Shown: positions 25,417 to 37,802 of the stretch, piece by piece | How the letters are laid out: every line of letters starts with the position of its first letter | Position numbering within the stretch: position 1 is the stretch's first letter | Assembly (NCBI GenBank): GCA_051362555.1 | Contig: CM120640.1 | Span: 27,738,503 to 27,802,502 of the forward strand | Reading direction: 5' to 3' | Source of the DNA: Lingula anatina | Taxonomy: Eukaryota > Animalia > Brachiopoda | DNA: 64,000 nucleotides | Translations under genes and position numbers: made by a program | The notes under the pieces: generated by a model | Seen by the model: the letters and a program-made list of their open reading frames with translations, nothing else | Told to the model about the DNA's origin: nothing | The model's database searches: none

Positions 25417-28248
25417 TTAAAATTGCTTCTTCCAGGGCATTTTTCTTGCAAATCGTGCATTGTCAATTACAGTCTGAAAAAAAAAAAAAACTTTAGTCCT
25501 ACCCAGGAATTATCACAACTTAAAGTTTACAGCAATACGATTACAATCACAATTTAATTTTATGGCAATATAATATCGCATATAATGTTTTTTTTTTAAA
25601 TGACTGTACTGACGGCAATTCTTTTGTCAAATGGACTGCGTACCATTAGTCATTGTGAAGTCCAGCAAAAGACGAAAGCAACATTCCGTGTCACTTACGT
25701 CTTAATTCTTTTGATCAAGCAAAAATAAAGATGCAACACTACACTGACGTTGTTTTTACTTCTTTTGAAGCATCAAAATGATCAACAGTGCTGTAATTAC
25801 CTTTTGGAAATACAAAGTTGTTGAGGATTTGGATTCGGCGGATGTGCAACCAGCTGGAACCATGCATATGCTAGGATCCGAAATGGGCCACCGATAGTCG
25901 TGGAAAACCCTGCTGCTGGTCACTGTGTGAGTCGAATTAGCTGAAAAAAATTTTTTTGCGTCAATAAAAGACAATTGAGCCCCAGAACTGGATAATACGA
26001 GAATTCCAAAATGAAAATAATGAAAAACAATCCATCAAACAATTAACAAATGGACATACAGAAAAATCACCAGACTGCAAACTTAGATGGTCAGGACGAT
26101 TGTCAATAGTTATAAACTGGCCAGTTTTTGATGGAACCGATACAGTTCAGGATCAAATTAAACAACAGCAAATGAATTGATGTCTCACATGTATCGTTGA
26201 GATATCCAAACATGGTGTCCATGACAAGGAAACCTCCCGGCTGCCGCACGTAATACGTGCGATTTGCCGAATACGCCATGTTCTCTTCCGCGTCAACACA
26301 CTCCACCGAGTTTGGTCGGGGTCTGGGTCCAGGTCCGGGTTTGGGTCCTACTATACGCCCGATATCCACTGCGTCTCCACATACGGCGGTATCTGGCATA
26401 GCGAGAATAGAGAATAACAAAATACGTTAACGAAACCAGAAGGCCGCAACTAACTTGTCCGCGGATCAAATATGGCGACCTACTTAAAACCTTGTCGTCT
26501 AATCCCCAAATAGATACTGCATACATTCAGCTCGGGTATTACGCAACAAGCACCCTAGAAACTGAATAATTTTATGGCAATACTAAAATAGGATATTTAT
26601 CAAAGGTCTGTGTGTATTACAAAAAAGGAAGAGGGATATACCTGGAATGCAAAGCCAGTCGTCACGCAAATCTGCACCAGGGTCGTTGGCGGAATACGTA
26701 CATAAACCATCCTCATCTATGACGGTTGTGTTACCCTAGAAATAATCACGAAAAAATGAAATTGAATGATAAGTAAAAAATCATGAGAATGTAATGTCAC
26801 ACTATCCCCCCTTTTTTATAAAAACGAAATAGTCAGTTTTGATATAGATGGGAAATAATTATTTATTTTAGATAGATAGATAGATAGGTAGACATGATGT
26901 CCAAGTAGCGCACCCCCCACACCCACAGCCCCTGCATGAGTCAGGGACCTAAGTTCTACCACACCCACTTGCAACCAGTCACTCGTTAACAAATGTGGAG
27001 ATAACGAATCTAGATGAAAAAGTTAACTTACCGTGTTGTAATCTATGACAGTGGTCAGAACTGTGGTGACGCCATCCTCCACCTTTGTGACCAGGGTGCA
27101 CACCTTGGAGTTTCTGACATCCACGGCGACATGATACTCCGCCTGGAGATTAGATTATTCTTTCTTATGGAAGACAACTGGTGAGCAAATGTGAGTTGCT
27201 TCTTATAACTAGCTGCAAGTGTGGTCTTAAATACAATAATTATGTAATGTCCTAAAACTTCACATTTGCGTTACAGACTTCAAATTAATGTTGAAAGGTG
27301 TCATGGCTACGGTTTTTTTTATGCAAAATGTGGAATTTGAATTTTGCGAAAAAAAATTGTAACAAAAAGGCCACTAAAAATTTGAATAAAATTGTCGCGC
27401 TCATTTCTTACTTGTGACAACATAAATGTTAAAATATATATCGTTTGAATAATACATACGCAATGAACTTTTTATTGCAAATTCTCAAAAACTATCCATC
27501 ATAATTCCTTAAAATCTTTTACCTAATACAACTACATGGTATGACCCTTGAAACTAATCATTCCATAGCTTTTATATCATTAATCTGATTTTTAGTACAG
27601 AAACGTCCTGTAGTTTCTTGGGTGGAGACCTTCCTCCAATCTGATGATTTCTCTGTACAGTTGAGCCTCATATCTCATATTTCAGAGGTTTTGGAAGAAC
27701 TTCTCTCGGTAGAAGTACTATACAGAAAATAAATGAGACCATACTTTCCAGCTATCGATTTTGACTCTCTAGCAGAATTCCAGTAAAGCTTGTTGTTTGG
27801 TACATGTACCATGATCAAACGGCTCAACTGTCACCAATTTTGCAACTGAGTTGAAATAATATCTGTTCGCCAATGCAAGAAATGGAAAACTTACAAAGAA
27901 AAACAAGACCCACAGATAAATAGTTCTCATGTATAACCACGAATTACAGAAGTAGAAACACTAGTATTGGTATACATGCTACGAATACATGTACATATAG
28001 AAACGGTGATTTTTTTGCGGGTAAACACAATTAGGCTTTCTATATAATTTTTGGCGCCCTACCTGAAAGCTGATTGTGTCCGTTTCCTGGTATATAACGT
28101 CCATCCTGTATTCTATCTGATCGGGCACAGTGAGACAACGTACGGCCGGTCCATCGGGAAAAGGCGTTACGTGAGAATGCTTTGGGCTCTTTTTCTTGGC
28201 AAGTGCCACGGCCAGAATCATGGCGAGGAAAAGTGCCTTACTGAACAT
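25417..28248 (-). CDS. Ependymin-related (EPDR) secreted protein, divergent, about 263 aa, 6 exons
   Basis: Exons 28063-28248, 27032-27142, 26642-26735, 26189-26392, 25801-25940, 25417-25473 (TAA), phases consistent. Signal peptide MFSKALFLAMILAVALA; ependymin-type landmarks C-x-x-x-P-x-Q-x-E, IDYNTG..VID...C, WLCIPD, and C-terminal ISDPSICMVPAGC (cf. family I-x-D-P-x-x-F-x-x-P-x-x-C). Family call is from motif recognition, not an HMM. Confidence 0.8.
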
Positions 28249-28332
28249 GCTGATAAATTACAGCCACACAATTGCAGTACGTTTCTTATTTCTGTAGAAA
28301 TAGTTTATACTTCTAGACGGCCAGATGATCGC

Positions 28333-28340
28333 TTTATATA
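28333..28340 (-). promoter_or_regulatory. TATA box of the ependymin-related gene
   Basis: TATATAAA on the - strand about 85 bp upstream of the ATG at 28248. Confidence 0.6.
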
Positions 28341-29528
28341 TGGAGAAAACCTGAGCTCTGTATCCTCGTGATCTCTCGTGATCGTTTATACTTTGTCAAA
28401 ATGTCCCCTTTGGCCAAATAATACTGACAAACACTTTTTATACTTACTAATGCGCTATCAATAGCACAATTGGGACAAATGTTTGTCGATTTGAATAATC
28501 TATGTAATTACGTTCTTTGCACAATTAATTAACAAGCCCCTTATATTGAAATTGGAAGACAGGTCATGATGCGCTGTCTTTTTTCATTTTATATTTTGAT
28601 CTCCCCTGCGGCAACTTTGGGTAATGATTCAGTGTCAACTTAGCACACATGACACACATATGACATGTGTAGATATAATCTTGCTACAGCCGTAAAATAC
28701 CTTGATGCCAGTGAAATGATCTTAATCTAATTAAATCCTTATATTGGATTGCATACTAAATTAAAAGATATTTTAAAAATCAAATATACAAAAAAAGAAT
28801 GAAAATAATTTTTATCGTTTTTTGTTCGATTCACAATTAAAATCCGAGCTTTTTAATTCAGAGGTCTTAAGACACATTATCGTGCAATAAGGTTTAATTT
28901 GTTCTACATTTTGATCTTGTACCGCTTAATTGGAGACTGAACAGTGCCGTGGATTTTTCCATACAAAAAGTTTTGGTATAAAAAATCTACGGCACTGTTT
29001 GGTCTACTGGGAGTTGTCTTAATAGTTAAGACTATGCCCAGTGGATCTTATTTGAGAGCATCCCCTCCTCTCCCCTGCCAAAAAACAAATCCTTTTTTAG
29101 AATGCACTGCATCGGCAATAGACTCATGTGCAAGCTGATGGATGAAGTGTTCAAGTTTGAATAGCTAAGCATCCATTAATCCTATCCATGCCAAGAAATT
29201 ACTGGAAGTGATAATATGCCCATGCTTGTATCTATTACAATTTCCAAACCCGTTGAAGAAATAAGGACTTGAAGCCTGGTTTGGACCAATAAGCCATATT
29301 GGCAATTACTAAGTCCGTGTTAAAGACACCCGAAATATATGTTTTCAGCTTTACTGATGCGATATAGGATTTTCCCGCAAATTGAACATAACTGATGATT
29401 ATTATAATGATGGAAAATATTATAAGAAGCACTTTTTCCATTAGGTAGCAGTTCAGAAAAACAGAAACAGTACTTAACTGCTGCCATGGCAGCTGTTCTT
29501 GGAATATTCACGCAGAAAAATGAATTGT

Positions 29529-29559
<31 letters not shown>

Positions 29560-30430
29560 TTAAGAGAGAGAGCGAGAGTTTGGATGGCGCCTGTTTTGGA
29601 ACACGGATAACTGTCAATTATAATGTGTATGTTTATTTGCAATATGTAAGAAGGGGCATTTTTTTACTGATTATCAACGAAACGATATGAACTTAGAAAT
29701 AGCTTTTACTTGTGAATGCACGTAGATGAACATATTGAACGACAGCGAAGACTTATATACCTTCTAAAATCATCGAACAGCTTTTAGAAAGCATCACATG
29801 CCAGTGGATCAGATCTATGAAAAATTAGCCCATCTGCAAGCTGGCGAATGAAACATGGATATATATGAAAAAAAATCAAAATAAATGATAACGGTATGAT
29901 GAGATTTATTTGCTGGCGTTTACAATCGTCTTATATGCCTTCGGCACGGCTGTGAGAATTTCTCATGAGTTTTGATGTCATGTCAACGCCCTATAAAGGT
30001 ACGATTGTAGACAAGATATTTTTAAAAATGATGTCATAAGTACTACAGGTAGGTACTTCAGGTAGACCCTGAGGCTGATTTATTTCAAGTCTTGAGACTT
30101 ATCACGCGGTAAGTTTTTTAGTACAAATATCTAACGTGACTGTTTACGTTTCTTCAAAAAGGTGAGGAAACCACTGATATTCAATTTTATTCTGTAAAAG
30201 GAGAGAAATATTACAAACAATCATAACACTTTTTTCTTCTATACAAAAAAAAAATCAGTATTTTTTACTATTTATTTCACATTTTTACATTTGAAAAAAA
30301 TCGAGAGAGAGAAACTAGAGCAAAGATAAAACTGCTCAACACTCTTTAAAATGATGCATTAAAATAGAATAAACAATATGAGATACGAGATACTGGAATA
30401 GGAAGGTGATAAATCAAATATTTAAAGAGG

Positions 30431-30432
<2 letters not shown>

Positions 30433-30506
<74 letters not shown>
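30433..30506. repeat. (AT)n microsatellite
   Basis: Direct observation. Confidence 0.95.
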
Positions 30507-30510
<4 letters not shown>

Positions 30511-30544
30511 AATTGAACAATAAGTTGAAGACTATGGTAAAATT

Positions 30545-30965
30545 TAAAGCGTGAGGACATCGAAGTATAGGAAAGCATTAAGCTTAGCAATTTGCATGAT
30601 GCCAGTCAGAAAATTTGGAATGTTTTTTTTTCTGCCATCAACAGCTAGTATTGAAATTGTTTTTAACCTCCATGATTTCGCTTTCTCTCTAGAACATCTT
30701 CATCAGGAAATGCGGTTATCAAGAAGAATAGCATATATCCAGGAAATATACTTTTCCATGAATTGTATTGTTACGCAATGTCCATACCAACATATGTATG
30801 TGAGACTTGGACAATGCCAAAAGTGATGTAAAAACAATTAATGCTGTGGAGATTTCCACTGCTTTGGAAAAGTAGGTGTGGGAAAACTTACCATCACAGC
30901 GAATATGGAAGGGAAAAGAGCAAGATCGAGGCAGACAGAGAACCACATTTTTCAAATACCATCCA
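30545..30965 (+). mobile_element. Degenerate 3' fragment of an RTE-clade LINE (C-terminal part of RT ORF)
   Basis: Piecing frames across shifts gives ..YCYAMSIPTYVCETWTMP..DVKTINAVEI and ..ITANMEGKRAR/RGRQRTTF, resembling the RTE motifs YGCETW and GKIEGKRxRGRQR; stops and frameshifts present. Confidence 0.6.
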
Positions 30966-32240
30966 TGAAGACTATTCTCTAAATGCACGGAACAGATTTG
31001 TTCCTAGCATTTTATATAATCTGAATGAAAACAAAGGCTTCATTTTGGCTTACTTCCATCACTGCTGTTTTCTCTCACGACCAATAATTGCCTTGGCCAC
31101 TTCATGTTATAAGGTTTCTATTGATTAATGTAGTTACGCATTTATCATTTCAATATGATCTTCGGCTAGTAATTTCCTATGAAGAAAACTCATTTTACTA
31201 GGAGTATAATGAAGAAGTAAGGCGATTTTTGCAGAACGTGTACATGTATTAAAGGTCTGTCCATTGTAAGCAATCAAACTGACCTTCGTCAGATTTAATA
31301 AAAGTGGAATGTTTTAGCTGATACAGATTAAGAAAATGTGTCTAAAGTGGTAAGTAAGTGATAGCGATTTTTCTTTTTGGTTTATTTGAATAATTTTTCT
31401 GATCTTCTGATTCTTATACCTGTGCTGTCATACAAATATATAGCACTGCCCAGACACCTTTCAATATTTTTTGTCTGCAACCGACACTGGAAACCACATT
31501 GTCGCCTACGCGGACTCAGACATTCAAATGGCAGATTTGTCACACACCTTCAAATCGGCGAGAAAATTGTCATCAGAATTTTTTGAAAAGGAGTTTTTGT
31601 GGCCCTGTGTATCCTGATAAAGCTGCAAGTAGGTTGTCGTTCACTGCTGGAAGAGACTGTATTTTACTCAAAATCGCTCGAAGAAGACAGACCAAACCTA
31701 TCAAATCTTCTGCTACCGAACACCCGGCACAAGTGCACGCCATACAGATAACCAAATATCAGAAAGCCAAAGATGACGATAGAATGTTAAAGAATCGTAG
31801 GGTGGCACAGGGTCGCCAAGCTAACGGGCTATACTGCAGGTGAGCCTGCACCGTGCCATTAAGGTCGCCGAATGGAATCATGTGCTTTTGCGATTGAACC
31901 TGGGTATGTGACACTCCCATGTAACACGCCCATGTGATGTACGCCCCTATACGATAGAGATAAGCTAGGCATACGACAAATACTTGTGCCCCTAAAGGTA
32001 TTATATGCTTCTCATACGGTGATCGGTATAATATGCATAACGCATACGTAGCGTTATGCTGATGAGCGAGTAGTGCATTGAACATATCTCTAACGATTGA
32101 TTAACGTATATTTAAGTATCCCGTCTTTAAATAAGCGAACATATTTAGCATATACCTAACGTAACACGTGTTCCTCTGTACGCGAGAGTGTGACAGGCCT
32201 TATACCAAGCGATGTCCGTACGGTGCACGTACGTTTAGTG

Positions 32241-33076
32241 CCGGTGCACAATGAAAATCTGACTCCCCAGTCAAAATTTCATAATAAAATTTTGACTCCC
32301 CCCCACAAAACTTTATAAATCTATTTTATTTGAGTAAATGACTTTAATACTTGTACTTTATGAAGAATATATTGGAAATATTTAAAGTTTGATGGTAAAA
32401 TATTGGGTGAAAAAAAAAAACAAAAAAATAAATCACAAAAAAATCTTCGTTTTTATACCCATGGGATTTGGACTCCCATGAAGAAAAGGCCCTATTTTAT
32501 ATTTAGACACCGTACTATTATTTCCACATAGTATTTCCACATAGTTTGCATTGTGACGTAAATTTGGATAGTATCTGAAAGTTTTGAAGTGAAAATTTTG
32601 GTGAAAATTGATAATTTTTAAAACAAGTATTTATTTTACTACCTGTTACTGTAGGATTTGGACTCCCATGTCAAAATGCTACATATTTCATTTTTAGCTC
32701 AAGAAATCAGCCCCAATTTTATTGAATTCTTCATAAATAGCAAGCCCAACAAAACACTTACTAAAAAGGAAACATTTTGAAATGATCACCAAATATCAAA
32801 TAAATAGCTTTTTCATAGGGGAGTCATTGGGTGGTACACAATTTTAATTTTCTTATTTTCTCATGAAAATGTTCGCCTGCAAACCAATAAAAAGTGCCAA
32901 TGTATCCTCCATTATGCATACTACAAGATAAAAGTCATATTCTCAAAGGAAATAAGATTTATGAAGTTTTGAGGGAGGAGTCAAAATTTTATGGGGGGAG
33001 AGACGGATTTTCATTATGAAATTTGACTCCGGGAGTCAGATTCTCATGGGAATCAGATTTTCATGGTACATGACGG
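32241..33076. mobile_element. MITE (about 835 bp) with long imperfect TIRs
   Basis: Left end ccggtgcacaatgaaaatctgactcccc..ataaaattttgactccccc..aaaactttataaatct matches the reverse complement of 32954-33076; internal repeats of ggatttggactcccatg near 32464 and 32654. Confidence 0.7.
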
Positions 33077-33488
33077 GTAAAATACTACCTGCATATCCCT
33101 TTATGTCTCCTCATTAACCCAAGCAAAAGTATAGGTAAAGGACAAACACAAATATGGTGTTCGAAATTTGGCCGGTAGCGGCTGCTTTTATTGAAAGGTC
33201 CCTCTAGTAAAAGAATAGTGTTAGTTATTATATAGCATTAGATAATGTTGAATTAATCAGAAATTATGTAATGTTATAGCATAAAAAATAAATATCAATA
33301 CAAATAGTGCGCATTTTTTTATTTGAGGGGTTGCAAAGCAAACATGCCTTTTCGTGAGGCATCCGTAACAAGGCAGGCAGTGAGCGTTTTAAATGCGCTG
33401 TCTTACTACAGCGTAAGCACTAACGTTATGGGTCCGTTTTAATTCGTATCCGTTTTAATTCGTATACTTAGTACGCAGGGAAACCTAA

Positions 33489-33823
33489 GGTAGGGCCGCA
33501 GGTTGGAGATCTTAAATTAAAAGTCTTGGCTTATTTTTATCCCTGTTGCATTCATTTAAGGTATCTTCAAAACATCTAATTATGCTTGAAACACAGTTCC
33601 AAGTTCATTGTGTGACGTAATATTGGGATTTTCGGGGCAAAAACACCATTTTCGGTTTCCTGATTTTCTCAGGCACCTGGACAGCTATAAACATGCTTTT
33701 AATAGTATTATAACACTTGGACAAAGTACTACAAAAGGGGTTCGAGGATTTTTCTTTAAAGACTTAATGTTGATTTTATTTATAAAAACGTAATTCTTAG
33801 CCCTATTTGAGTACAGCCCAACC
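33489..33823. mobile_element. Possible Kolobok-like MITE
   Basis: Imperfect TIR GGTAGGGCCGCA versus GGTTGGGCTGTA (9/12), flanked by CTAA and TTAA. Confidence 0.4.
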
Positions 33824-34594
33824 TTAAGGCACGGTTAGCATATGAAAAAAGAACCCCTGCGTCTTTTCATATGTGTTATAACAATTTCAATCAGTTCAAT
33901 TTCCAAATCTTTGTCATAGCTCTTTCAGAAGAAGAGGATGAAGGTGCCTATTTTCTAAATACGAGTTGGATCTGATTAAGTTTGCATTTCATAATGATCA
34001 ACAGATAGAAATACGCAACCCAGATATTCGTACTCATTCGCTTATATACGATAATTAAACGCTCATATATACGCTTATCAAACCCTAATTAACCATTTTA
34101 ATAATATACCTCTACTCAAAATGGACACCGCCCATGCCTGCCTTGACCAAAGTGAGTATTGAGACTATTGGTTGCATTCAAGACAGATCTAAATGATATT
34201 TACTAAAATCGCTTCTTCGCTGCAAAAAAATTAACTATGAAAGATGAGCATTCAAGACATTAAATGTCCGTGTAAGGATTCTTTACATTCTTGCATGAGA
34301 TTCTTGCATTAGGCAATTGAATTGTCGAACTGTCATATGAAAACGGCCATACGAAACGATGAGCATGCCGAGCACTGAGATCCATTAAATTCGATAACCT
34401 ATTCTATAAGCTTCATAATCTGCACGATAGCAATGCGTTTTAAAACTACTACCTCAATATGCATAATGAAGCGACAGGTTTAAGTCACGTGGTCTGTGAC
34501 GCATGTGTTACAAAAGTGGGCAAAAAGCGAGAGAGATGCGCGTCAATGATGTAGAATTTACGTGTAAGGTTTCTTTGCAATCTTGTATTGGGCT

Positions 34595-34602
34595 CTTATA
34601 TA
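34595..34602 (+). promoter_or_regulatory. Candidate TATA box of the GPCR gene
   Basis: TTATATAA about 50 bp upstream of the ATG at 34651. Confidence 0.4.
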
Positions 34603-34650
34603 AGACAATAGGAGCGGCGTACGGTCATTCGACCTCTGTCATATCAAACG

Positions 34651-35796
34651 ATGAACATGTCGAACGCGAGTGCATTGTTAGATGTGGCACTTCTCAATGG
34701 AACTTGCTCAGTGAATCCATTTAATTTGTATTCTTTCATCATTGGGGGAATATTTGGTTCTCTAGTATGTTTGATAGGGCTGGTTTGCAATCTTTTGATA
34801 ATAACTGTTTTCTGGAAGGAAAATGGACATTTGCCAGCAGCGTACCTACAGTCTTGTGTAGCTGTAATGGATTTGGTTGTTAATATTATTGGGATATTTA
34901 CTTACTGTTTACCTTCTATCACTTTATGCACAGAGTGGCTGGAATGGTACTTCATACAAGTCCAGCCATATGGTAAATACCTTTGGCCGTTTGGATGCGC
35001 CGCAAGATTATCATCGTCCTACCTGATTATCTTCTTGGCGCTGGACCGTTACAGAGCTATATCCAAACCATTAGAAAGCGCAACGAACTACACCGTTCTC
35101 AAATGGAAACTACGTGTACACGTTTTGATTGCTGTCTGCATGCTGTTTAACATTCCGAAATTCTTTGATGCCGAATATGTCGGATATGCATCGTGCTACC
35201 TTGGAAAATCCGATTTATGTTTCGTCGTTCGTGTAAAGAAACTTGGCACTTTCACTGTCATCTATCGCTTAGTTTGTCACTTAGTTCTCAGCCAAACCAT
35301 GCCAGTCACACTCATGGTGATTCTTAACATCAAACTAGCATTAGCTGTGCGTAAGGGCATGTGGAATCAAAGATCGATGTGTCTGTTTTCTTCTGTGAAG
35401 AGAAAGGAAAAAGAAGTGACAGTGATTATAATTGTATTAGTGACCATCTACGTCTTTGCCGTTGCGCCTCTTCTAATAATCGAAATCCTCAATGTGTTCA
35501 AAGGCTCTCTGAGTACAAATGCTCATGTATTTATCAAATGGTCAGTGCCCATCATATTGCTGTTATCAGCAATAAATGCATCAGTTAACTTTTTTATCTA
35601 TGGCCTTGTGGGTTCAAGGTTCCGCCGACAATTAAGGACCCTCCTGAGACTCCAAGAAGGAAGCTTATCTCCCATATCATGGAAGACGAACAGCAGCAGG
35701 GATATATCTATGGTGGAATTTGACGGTCTGACGAGAAATTCAACGGTTTTGAAAAGAATGAGAACTTCTACGCTAACATTTACAGAGATTATTTAA
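34651..35796 (+). CDS. Intronless class A (rhodopsin) GPCR, FMRFamide-receptor-like, 381 aa
   Basis: Single 381-aa ORF with seven hydrophobic segments; N-terminal sequons NMS, NAS, NGT; TM1 GLVCN, TM2 AVMDL, TM3 LDRYRAISKP, TM4 FNIPKFF, TM5 P..LM..LN, TM7 NASVNFFIY, helix 8 RFRRQL. The NFxxY and NIPKFF motifs are typical of the FMRFamide/sex-peptide receptor-like group. Confidence 0.93.
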   Translation: MNMSNASALLDVALLNGTCSVNPFNLYSFIIGGIFGSLVCLIGLVCNLLIITVFWKENGHLPAAYLQSCVAVMDLVVNIIGIFTYCLPSITLCTEWLEWYFIQVQPYGKYLWPFGCAARLSSSYLIIFLALDRYRAISKPLESATNYTVLKWKLRVHVLIAVCMLFNIPKFFDAEYVGYASCYLGKSDLCFVVRVKKLGTFTVIYRLVCHLVLSQTMPVTLMVILNIKLALAVRKGMWNQRSMCLFSSVKRKEKEVTVIIIVLVTIYVFAVAPLLIIEILNVFKGSLSTNAHVFIKWSVPIILLLSAINASVNFFIYGLVGSRFRRQLRTLLRLQEGSLSPISWKTNSSRDISMVEFDGLTRNSTVLKRMRTSTLTFTEII

Positions 35797-37802
35797 GATT
35801 AACAGATGTCTTATATATACATATTACCGTGTACTTTCCTCAAATGATGACGTGAGGTAACGTAATGATGATCATATGATGTCGTACACTTTGTGCACAG
35901 TACCAAAGACAATGAAGAACCAAGATGTGATACGAGAAGAATTCACTCAAAGCGTGTTAGTAACGCACCTTTTGTCTCACTTGTCACACTTCTCTAATCT
36001 AGTTGTACTGTGGTTCTTTCCGTTCTTTCCGTGCGTAAATTTTAAAGCATTTAGTCCTATTTTAACATTCAATTTATGTTTATGTAGAGATTTATGTGTT
36101 CAATTTTTCAATTGGTCTTGCCCTGACGGCTGAAATAGATATAGATTGATTCAATATTCAAGATATCGGTTTTTTTTTTAGTAAAACTCGAGTTTTAGTA
36201 TGGGAAATAGTATGATAAATTCTGCAATGCCGCACTTTGTTATTCACAAAATTGGTGCAAATTCAAATAAATATGTACTTTCAATAAAGAAATCATCACA
36301 GAGTTGATTTTTCAAACACCCAAACCCAGTATAGAGGTGCATTTCACGAGCTGATGTCTCAAAATAAAATTGAATGAATTCAAAGTAGTTTTCATCGTTT
36401 ATAACATGTGTATGGAAGAAAAATCCAAGACTGTTTCAATTGTAATTTCTATTATAATCTATCATTATAAGAAGCCTAATCGAGAACTTCCGCTACCAAA
36501 TGCAACGTATAATGTTCCAATTCTATAAATGCATTTAGTACTTCGCTCAAAGCAAATTATTTATTTAGTTTTGTTTGACAATTATTTCTGAAAACATTTG
36601 GTGGAATTCACGTAAAACATTATTTGAACACCACCACCTGCTTCGCCTACATCGGCACTGAGGATGGGTTGTTATTTTGTGGCTTTCTTTACACTTGTAA
36701 CTCACCTCATCTTATTTTTCTCGACCAGACACCAAAAAAAACTATGTGACATGAGAATGAGCTAGTTTTTTTTCGAAGCCGAACTTGTATGCAAATTGCT
36801 ATTTAATGGTAACGTATGTTCCGGTATCGGATGTTCCAGGAGTTAAAATTATTTTTTATGTCGAGTTCCAATATATGTTGTAGTGATTCAGTCTAGTAAA
36901 TTATACCTGACGTAAGGATGACTTTATAAATATTTAAACTGTAACTCAGGGGGCTCTGCGTCATGACTAAAACGTACGTAACTTGTATGTTCCCCAGGAA
37001 AAATTTTATTATTGTCCAAACATTTGGTGCAATAGGTAACAGTTTTTTTTGTTGTCGACTGAAACATGGCGTTTTTGTTAAGTACTTTGACATTTCCCAC
37101 ACGAATAAAAATAGTTCATTTAATGCCTCTTTTACTGTCATCATGCTGTAGGTCTATCCCCCCCTTGATAATATTCAGTGACAAATAGACTAAAACGCGC
37201 AAGAAAATTTACTGCTATATATTAAAGATTGTCGTTTTTCACAACGTTATAGGAAATAAAGAAAAAACAAGTGCTGATTGAATTGTCAACATGAGTTTTG
37301 CAGTTTTGCATTTGTGAAAAGAACGTATGTTCCTTTTTGGGGTTAAACGATGAATTATTTTTTTATTCTCCGCGGTTCTACACGTAGGAGAGTGAAACTG
37401 CGATACGAACTTCTTCGTGTGGGACCCTAAAATTATCAAACATAGTTTCTAATCTGTACACTTAGTATTTTAAAAGCGTGCCTCTGACATTATTTTCACA
37501 TCTATGTTGGTGGCTAAAGACTTCATGGCACAAAAAAAGTTTTTCTCAGTAGCTTCTGTATGGTGAAAAATTGCAAAATCCTAGTACAAAAACAGAATAT
37601 CGCATTGTCTGCTTTTCGGGGTGTCCCCTGTAATTCCTCAGAAAAGCTGATAATCGACCTCCTTCTAAACAGTTACAGTTACATGTTTCACTCTGTTTTT
37701 TTTTCACATAATACTACATGTACATTTTAATCCCTCCCAAGAATAAATATTCTCAAACTTCTCAAATTTTTTTTTCATTTCGGCAATATTGTACACTTAA
37801 AC

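Noticed and set aside
26631-26641. EPDR donor GTATATCCCT as a U12 or AT-AC site
   Set aside because: Does not match RTATCCT at the junction, no CCTTAAC branch before the acceptor, and the AT-AC reading breaks the frame.
27297-27549. Possible Kolobok-like MITE in EPDR intron 1
   Set aside because: Inverted ends too degenerate and no TTAA duplication.
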